A DNA stretch of 62,631 nt, counting the filler, from Collodictyon triciliatum (lineage: Eukaryota), in the NCBI GenBank assembly GCA_043381765.1. It is 5 parts of 5 records of this genome, joined end to end, with 100 filler letters (N's around TTAATTAATTAA, not from the genome) between each part and the next. Parts side by side here need not be neighbours in the genome. Positions count along the whole stretch, not along the records: positions 47,223 to 54,708 come from JBHJMP010000458.1; positions 54,809 to 62,631 come from JBHJMP010000459.1; 3 more parts are not named here. The stretch is one strand, 5' to 3'. The position numbers and the translations under genes were made by a program. Each line of letters opens with the position of its first letter. Within the stretch, counting starts at the first letter, position 1. The notes beneath the pieces were generated by a model. The model saw nothing but the letters and a program-made list of their open reading frames with translations, had not been told where the DNA came from and ran no database searches. This document shows, in pieces, positions 53,801 through 62,631 of this stretch.

Positions 53801-54620
53801 GGTGTTGAAGGATGTGCGAGGAACTTCATAATAGCTGGCAAGTCATGATGCATATTTGCTGGAGGAAATGTAAGATATCGATTTCTTTGCAATTTCAATT
53901 GTTGCAGCCCTTCGCACATTGTGAGCTCGCATGGCAGGCTTTGGAGTAAGTTATTTGTGAGGTCGAATACCTCGAGGTTCACCATAAAGCGGATTTCCGG
54001 GGGTATGGATAGGAGGTGGTTTGATGACAGATTCAGCTCTTGGAGGTGGTTCAAAAAGGAAAACATGATCGGAGGCAGACTGAATAAATGGTTTTCACTT
54101 AGGTCCAAGTGAAGTACTTTCGTTAGGTCTCTAGATCTGAAGAGAGACAAAGGAATTGTCAACAGACTCTTCATATTGTATTCTATAAGGTAATTTGAAT
54201 TAGTATATTCAACACACCAATCAAAAGCATGTATCTAAGAATTCTTGATTCTGTGTTGAGCAACAAAAACTATAACGTCGTGGAAAGGAATCAATGCCCA
54301 TAAGGATGTATTAAGCTCATTTGACTTCTTGAATACTAAGACAGACATATACACCGCCAAATTTCATTCAACCATAATAGATAAGCAAAGACTTCATATT
54401 TCAAGTAGCATTAATTACGGAGCATCGTTTCTTCGGATGTCAATATAGGGTCTGCAGAAACGTAATCTGATAGATCTGGAAGACTCCGGCCAAAATCATC
54501 GCGTGATAGATCGGTGGTACGATCATAGGGAACCCACAAACGCGCCTCGTCTCCCTTATTAGACCCTCCCTGTGCACTGGTATCTTCATCTGTAGGCTGC
54601 GCACTTAATGCTCCTAACAC
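50886..54620 (-). CDS. Leucine-rich-repeat plus ADP-ribosylglycohydrolase (ARH/DraG family) fusion protein; 5' end cut by scaffold end
   Basis: The LRR exon (LHLDLSENHLFSLP, LQELNLSSNHLLSIP, LEVFDLTNNLLQSLP) splices in frame to DRLKDMIRGCVFGFAIGDAIGL...GDWTEETDQ...AGNGSIIR...THADERCVAS...EGGDSDANAAVCGAVLGCKLGFSAIPDRW. Confidence 0.85.
51104..51391. repeat. (TATG)n microsatellite spanning a gap, in ARH intron; other tetramer tracts are (AAAT)n 24121-24177 and 40896-40983, (AAAC)n 32515-32588, (GATA)n 57712-57820
   Basis: Direct inspection. Confidence 0.95.
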
Positions 54621-54626
54621 GACAGT

Positions 54627-54662
<36 letters not shown>

Positions 54663-54708
54663 AAAAACAAAAAAAAAAAAAACCCCAAAAAAAAAAAAAG
54701 AAAAAAAA

Positions 54709-54808
54709 NNNNNNNNNNNNNNNNNNNNNNNNNNNNNNNNNNNNNNNNNNNNTTAATTAATTAANNNNNNNNNNNNNNNNNNNNNNNNNNNNNNNNNNNN
54801 NNNNNNNN
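54709..54808. other. Artificial scaffold linker
   Basis: TTAATTAATTAA at 54753-54764 within N runs. Confidence 0.97.
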
Positions 54809-54944
54809 GAAAGCGCAAAAAAGAAAAATTTTTTTTTTTTAAATCTAAAAAAAAAAAAAAAAAAAAGAAGAAGGAAATATGATAGCTAAGAAGTTTACAC
54901 CTAATTATAATGTTTTTTGGCTAATTGCTTAAGCTTAATTTTAG

Positions 54945-56077
54945 ACCAGCAAGAGCGTGAGACAGCTGTGCGATCTTTTAAGGATGGAAAAAAAGATGTT
55001 TTGATAGCCACAGATGTCGCATCAAAAGTATATTAATGCAAATCTAAGATAATCTTGGTGGATTCTTTTCAAAGAGTGTTTTAATTTAGGCCTACCTATG
55101 GATATGATTAAGAATATACTATGATGAATCAATCTTATTTTTAACTTGGGATTAGGGATTGGACTTTCCTGATATCAAGCACGTCATCAACTATGATATG
55201 CCACGTGACATTGAAAACTATGGTATTTTTTTTTCTTCAGAAAGCCACAAATTCTTTTGACGAAGTCTGTTTAGGTTCCACACTCGATCTTTTCCTAGAC
55301 ATTATGCTATCATCCATTCTATTGTATCTTTCTAGAGAGTAATCACTTTTTTGACATGTGGATGAATAACTTCACCCATCACACAAATTCTGACCCTCTT
55401 CATGTTCTTTTAGCTTTTCTTCGTACATCCTACCATTTCTCACCCTCAAATGTTTTATATGACTTGCTTTCTGTATGTCTGTAACCCATCGTATAACATT
55501 CATGAAAATATCAAAGTGCATCGTATTGGTCGTACTGGTCGTTGCGGAAAAACAGGAGTTGCCACAACATTTGTCAACAAGACAAACTCTGAATCCATCC
55601 TCTTGGATCTGAAATATCTGCTTATCGAAGCCAAACAGAAAATACCTCCGTTCTTTGATGTCTTCGAAGACCCTGACAATTACACTGGGTCCTCGGCCGA
55701 TGTTTCAGGTAGAAACCCAGGCCCTCTTCTTGCGCATGAACTATATGCCAACAATTGTATTATATAGTAGATTAATATAACCCTCTGCCTATGATCAGTG
55801 TATATAAATGCAGTGCATAATATATAAATTTGTTCTTGATACAATTTCCTTTGCACGGCGCATTCCATTTCTTTGACACAGTGCAGCTGATTATTCCATA
55901 CGATTTTCGATACACTTAAACGTATTCCAATGTTCGATAGGCCGGGCATCGTGCGGCTTCTGCAGCAGTTTAACCCATCGTATTTCAGAGTGTCCCAAAC
56001 TCGAAGAAAGAAAGAAAAGGCGTGTCGGATTCAGCGAATCGTCCACCCGCGATTACGGGGGCGGTGGAAACTATTAG
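54945..56077 (+). CDS. DDX41: DEAD-box helicase DDX41/Abstrakt, C-terminal part
   Basis: [27 protein letters not shown]...[17 protein letters not shown]...[18 protein letters not shown], then zinc knuckle [18 protein letters not shown]. Confidence 0.95.
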
Positions 56078-56442
56078 GACACCAGCTCGCTTTCTTCCAC
56101 GCTGTGTTGCTCTGAAACTCACCTGTTGGAGAATAAAGCAAATCAAGAAGCCAACATTTTGTCAGCAAGCTTTACAGAACAGCACGACCCGGCAAGATTT
56201 TGCGTTGGTTTCCTTGACTAGGAAAGACTAAGTTTTTTTCTCCTTTCCTTTTCATCTCTTTTCATCTCCTTTCATTACTCTCTCTCTCTCTCTCTCTCTC
56301 TCTCNNNNNNNNNNNNNNNNNNNNNNNNNNNNNNNNNNNNNNNNNNNNNNNNNNNNNNNNNNNNNNNNNNNNNNNTCTCTTTCTCTCTTTTTCTATTTGC
56401 GTTTCATTTCATTCTGTCTTTGTGATTGGGGCTCGCGTGAAT

Positions 56443-58390
<1,948 letters not shown>

Positions 58391-58714
58391 CTCTCCACTC
58401 AGACCAGCGGCAGATTTCTCCGGCAGCGCAGCGATCGCAAGAGCTCCCCTGTGTGTTGCAACGAGAATAAGCTGCTCCTCCCACCTCCTCTCAGGCCAAA
58501 GGTGGCCACTTGAACTCCCACTGACGTCCTTCAGCGAGTGCCACTCCGAAAGGATACTCACCTATCACAAAAAGTCTGTGGCTCCGCCAACACGCAGTCA
58601 GAGCCACACGCTTAAGGTTTATAGGAACAGTCGGTTTATGATTTTCAATCCCCACGCGGCAAAAGGACACCCGACATTGCGCTTCTCCGGGCCGAAGACA
58701 CAAACTGAACTGGT

Positions 58715-59638
58715 TTAACTGTGCGATGTCAATGATGATAGTGAGTACGGAGCGTGAGGAATTAAGCTGGCGGTGCGGTGGGATGCCCATGGGAAGGAGA
58801 CAAAAGCTTGCAGGAAAATCTCTTAGACAAACACACGGCAGAGAGGAGGTGGTTTTGAAGGAGACGTACCGATTGGACTTGGCAACACGCTCGAGTTCGT
58901 CCTTCTTCTTGATGGCGTAGGAGTTGGAGGAGCCCTTGGCGGCATTGATGAGCTCATCGGCCAGGCACTCGGCAATGGTCTTGATGTTGCGGAAGGCAGC
59001 CTCGCGGGCTCCAGTGACAAGCAGGTAGATACCCTGGTTGACGCGGCGGAGGGGAGACACGTCCACGGCTTGGCGACGGACAGTACCAGAGGAGCCGATA
59101 CGGGTCGAGTCTTCGCGGGGGCCAGCGTTGGCAATGGCGTCGACGACGATTTGGACAGGGTTGCCGTCGGTCAGCAGGTGCATGATTTCAAAGGCGTTCT
59201 TGACAATCTGGACGGCCTTGTACTTCTTGCCGTTGTTGCGGCCGTGCATCATGAGCGAGTTGACCAGACGCTCGACGATGGGGCACTGCGACTTGCGGAA
59301 GCGCTTGACGTTGTAGCGGCCGGCAGTGTGGGGCAGGTAGACGGCGGCCTTGCCTCTGACGGCGAGGTAGTCCTGCAGGGCAGAGGAGGGGTTGTGAGTG
59401 GGCTTTTGCTGGGGGTAGTCAGCAAGGCTTAGAGAAGAGAGACGGTTGAACAGATCGGTGTGCGGACGCTACCTGGAGGGACAAGTCGGAGACGTTCACG
59501 TCTTCCAGAGACCTATTGTGGTGTTTGGGTGAGGGACAGGGGCAGATTCGAGGGGAAAGCAAGACCAGTGTCGAAAAAGCTGTTTCAGAAAGATCGAGAG
59601 TTGTCTCACCAGCGGTTGAAGATCTTGATTTCAGTCAT
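58715..59638 (-). CDS. RPS5: 40S ribosomal protein S5 (uS7), four coding exons
   Basis: [28 protein letters not shown]...PHTAGRY...[12 protein letters not shown]...[10 protein letters not shown]...[16 protein letters not shown]. Strong C/G-ending codon bias. Confidence 0.98.
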
Positions 59639-60426
59639 GGTGCTAGAGTGGAAGGAAAATTGTGTGGTAAGTACGGGTGCAAATGGCTAGTGTGGTGGGG
59701 TTGACCCGTTAGGTTCCCTCTTTTGACTACTCTTTTTTTCGGTTATGACGGGGTGAGAGGCGATCAAAGTGAGAAAAGCGAATTTTGTTCTGATGATCAG
59801 GGGTCGAATATAATCGTCAAGAGACACATGACGAGATTGATCCGAGTGGCATGGTTGTCCCAGATTCAGAAAGAGCTGATGATAGTCGGACTGGAAATTT
59901 GCGCAGTGGACGCGATAGGCACGATAGGAAGGTATTTTTCAGTAGATGACTTTATGGCTAGGTGAATCCTAACCAATCCCCACCATTATACCTCCCTGTG
60001 CAGTTGCTGAACTTGTGAAGCGGAAGTTCCCTCAAATGAAAAAAAAAAAAAAGACTACCCCAGCCACTTTCACTTTTCGACTCCTTCCATCGGGGACAGG
60101 GAGATTTGAAAAGAAATAGCGCAAGGGAGACAAGTCATCAAGTCGCGTGTATCAGACAAACCTTCTTTGTGATGTTCCACCGACTAAGGCCGATAAGGTG
60201 TAGCGTGCAGCTGGCAAGTGAGAGATGGACGAAGAGATCTCATGCTTTCCTAAGGAGCGGGCGCCGGGTAATGAGGAAAAAAAAATTGGACTCAACATTA
60301 CCTCTCGGCTATTTTTGAAAACTACTTCCGGAATATATAATAATAAATCAATATAGCCTTTCTATAACCTAAATAACTCCTTCATTCAATCACAAATATA
60401 AATTTATACTATGTTGTAGTGTATTG

Positions 60427-60807
60427 CTAATTGAGGATGTGAAGTACCCAAACGCCATTGACAGGCGCAACCAGTTGGCATTCCACCCGCTCAAGTATAT
60501 ACCGAGCGAAAAGATCTTTCGCGGTTGTTACAGCATTCGAAAGCTTCCACAGAGCGTCGCTCGCATCTGCAGCCGTCTCTGCAGCCTTCTCTGCAGCCTT
60601 CTCTTCCTCGAAGGACACGGGACATTCCTTGCTCGTTTGCCACTTGAGGCCAGTTTGTAAGACTACGAATGCCACCGGCCGTGAGTTGTGTGTGGTTCTG
60701 ATCGTGCTGGGATACTTGGTTGGGGTTGGGTAATGAGTCGTACTCCCTTTCGTGTGAGCCTTCTCAGTCGGGTAGCCTTGCGGTTCCTCGAAGCTCTGTC
60801 CATTTTG
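60427..60807 (-). CDS. Terminal exon of an unidentified protein
   Basis: Open frame from a cccag acceptor to ...KDLFARYILERVECQLVAPVNGVWVLHILN*; GC content above flanks. No family recognised. Confidence 0.45.
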   Translation of the reverse strand, partial: QNGQSFEEPQGYPTEKAHTKGSTTHYPTPTKYPSTIRTTHNSRPVAFVVLQTGLKWQTSKECPVSFEEEKAAEKAAETAADASDALWKLSNAVTTAKDLFARYILERVECQLVAPVNGVWVLHILN

Positions 60808-60869
60808 CTGGGATATGACTTTTTATCAAGTATTATAGCGGCGATAGACCGCGGAAAATCAAAATTGCC

Positions 60870-60932
<63 letters not shown>

Positions 60933-61329
60933 NNNNNNNNNNNNNNNNNNNNNNNNNNNNNNNNNNNNNNNNNNNNNNNNNNNNNNNNNNNNNNNNNNNN
61001 NNNNNNNNNNNNNNNNNNNNNNNNNNNNNNNNAAAGAAAAAAAGAAAAAAAGAAAAAAAGAAAAAAAGAAAAAAAGAAAAAAAGAAAAAAAGAAAAAAAG
61101 AAAAAAAGAAAAAAAGAAAAAAAGAAAAGAAAAAAGAAAAAAAGAATTATTTTCGTCAATATTTATCGTTAAGTGAGCTCCCTTTACCCCTGTATTGATT
61201 TTTTATTTGGTTGTCACCGCTCGTCTGATATACTATTATCAACCTTGATAACCATCCCTCCATGCTGTGCACTTGTTTTACATTACATTTTTTTATTCCC
61301 ATGTATAAATTCAAGTCATATTGCAGTAT

Positions 61330-62018
61330 CATGGACCACCAGATGAAAGCAAGAGCTGTCTCGGAGGCTCAATCGCTATCGCACCGAAGCTCCTCTGTTG
61401 CCACATCCAGTCGCCAAGGATATAATCATACACACGGCCATCGCAGCGCTCGCCATATCAGCATGAGTTCAAATCACTCTTCAAGCACTCGAAGCTCACG
61501 TTACGTAGGCTATGGAAGTGAACAGCAGCGCGCTCGGTCAAAGTCCGCGTCTCAACAAGTGCCCCATTCCACAGAACTTCTTGACATCGAGCTGAATCCC
61601 GCGAAAATTGCCTCTGTCTGGGAAGCTATGCTGTCAGATGCCGATGCAAAGGAATCACCTTTCTCTCTTTCCACCGTGAAGGAAGATTCCTTGTCCAATT
61701 CTATAAATGTGTCTCAATCACAAGGGCATGATTGTGGCGTGAAAGGAGATAGTGGCCCAGAGGCTCCAAAAATCGAAACAATCAGAGCTCTGATGAAAAA
61801 TCCTGCGATACACGGACGTGAGATTGCGGACTTTGAGAAATCTTGGCGCAAATCCGATGCAGAAATACAAGAGTTGGAGTTAATGGCCCAGGTGTCCAAA
61901 TTCAAGAGGAGATGGGATGATGCAACGCCAGGAGACACACGTGATATAAGCCAGCAGTATTGCTTGGTTTCATTTCCCAGCGAGTCCAGAGATGGATTTT
62001 GTGTCTATTTTAGTGGCG
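61330..62018 (+). CDS. Ser-rich exon of an unidentified protein, probably continuing downstream
   Basis: Long open frame MDHQMKARAVSE...FCVYFSG ending at a gtaaga donor. Confidence 0.5.
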
Positions 62019-62631
62019 TAAGACATGATTGTTGAGTCATTTTCAATGACTGTTTTTTTTTCGTCTGAAGATTAGATTTTTTTTTGTAAGAAACAGCGTG
62101 TATAATCCACACACATTATTTATTTGTTTATAATTCAAAGCAGGAGCAGTTGGATTCGGGGGTTGCACCCAAAATAATGATACCGGACCGTAAAGACTCG
62201 ACACTAGATTTATTTGACTTTGACGGGACATCAAAAAATGGGACTGAAGTATAATTTATTTTTCATTTTTGATTAAATGCAGGTTTACTATAAGAACAAA
62301 GACAGAAGAAATTTATTAATCAAAATCAGTAGATAAATGAAAAACAGATAATCATAGAAACAAATCATTTTGAAATAGATACTCGGGTCAATGAAAATTT
62401 TAACACCTAAAAACAAGAACCTGCGTCAAGGAAATACATCAACATGTGCAACTTGTGGAATTCGTTTTGGATGTACGCGTTTTTTTCCTTTCATTCACTC
62501 TTCCATTCATTCATTCATTCATTCATTCATTCGTTTTGTTTTGTTTTGTTTTGTTTTGTTTTGTTTTATTTTGTTTTGTTTTGTTTTGTTTTGTTTTGTT
62601 TTGTTTTGTTTTGTTTTGTTTTGTTTTGTTT

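Noticed and set aside
58491-58714. C-terminally extended RPS5 in the ORF track
   Set aside because: Results from reading through the last intron; the spliced product ends at the conserved ...SNR*.
60427-60807. Possible degenerate histidine-kinase ATPase C-terminus
   Set aside because: No G-box glycines are visible and the resemblance is too weak to name.

Overview
Intron-rich, AT-rich, microsatellite-laden eukaryotic nuclear DNA. Dynein-2 and a mitoribosomal protein suggest a flagellated, mitochondriate protist-like organism (inference). The window is not one locus: at least five scaffolds are joined by artificial N-TTAATTAATTAA-N linkers (18905, 27480, 47167, 54753), and two internal N-gap blocks look mis-scaffolded. 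Genes reconstructed by splicing exons by hand: two NHL/beta-propeller proteins, DLD, PI-phospholipase C (5' half), a MARK/Kin1-like kinase with KA1, mitochondrial uS9, AdoMetDC, a degenerate ODC-like domain, a dynein-2 heavy chain fragment, an Emi1-like exon, a cyclin Q/L-type cyclin, a multi-pass membrane protein, a SERHL-like hydrolase ending in SKL, GPALPP1, a coiled-coil protein, a C2-CH-CH protein, sphingosine-1-phosphate lyase, tRNA-Ser(AGA), an LRR-ADP-ribosylhydrolase fusion, DDX41, METTL5 and RPS5. Main finding: the intact AdoMetDC has no stop codon and splices in frame into an ODC-like N-terminus. It probably forms one AdoMetDC-pseudo-ODC fusion whose ODC half has lost nearly all PLP and catalytic residues, and the join is hidden by a mis-inserted dynein contig. 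Exon boundaries and family calls are manual and from memory of family motifs; no searches were run.
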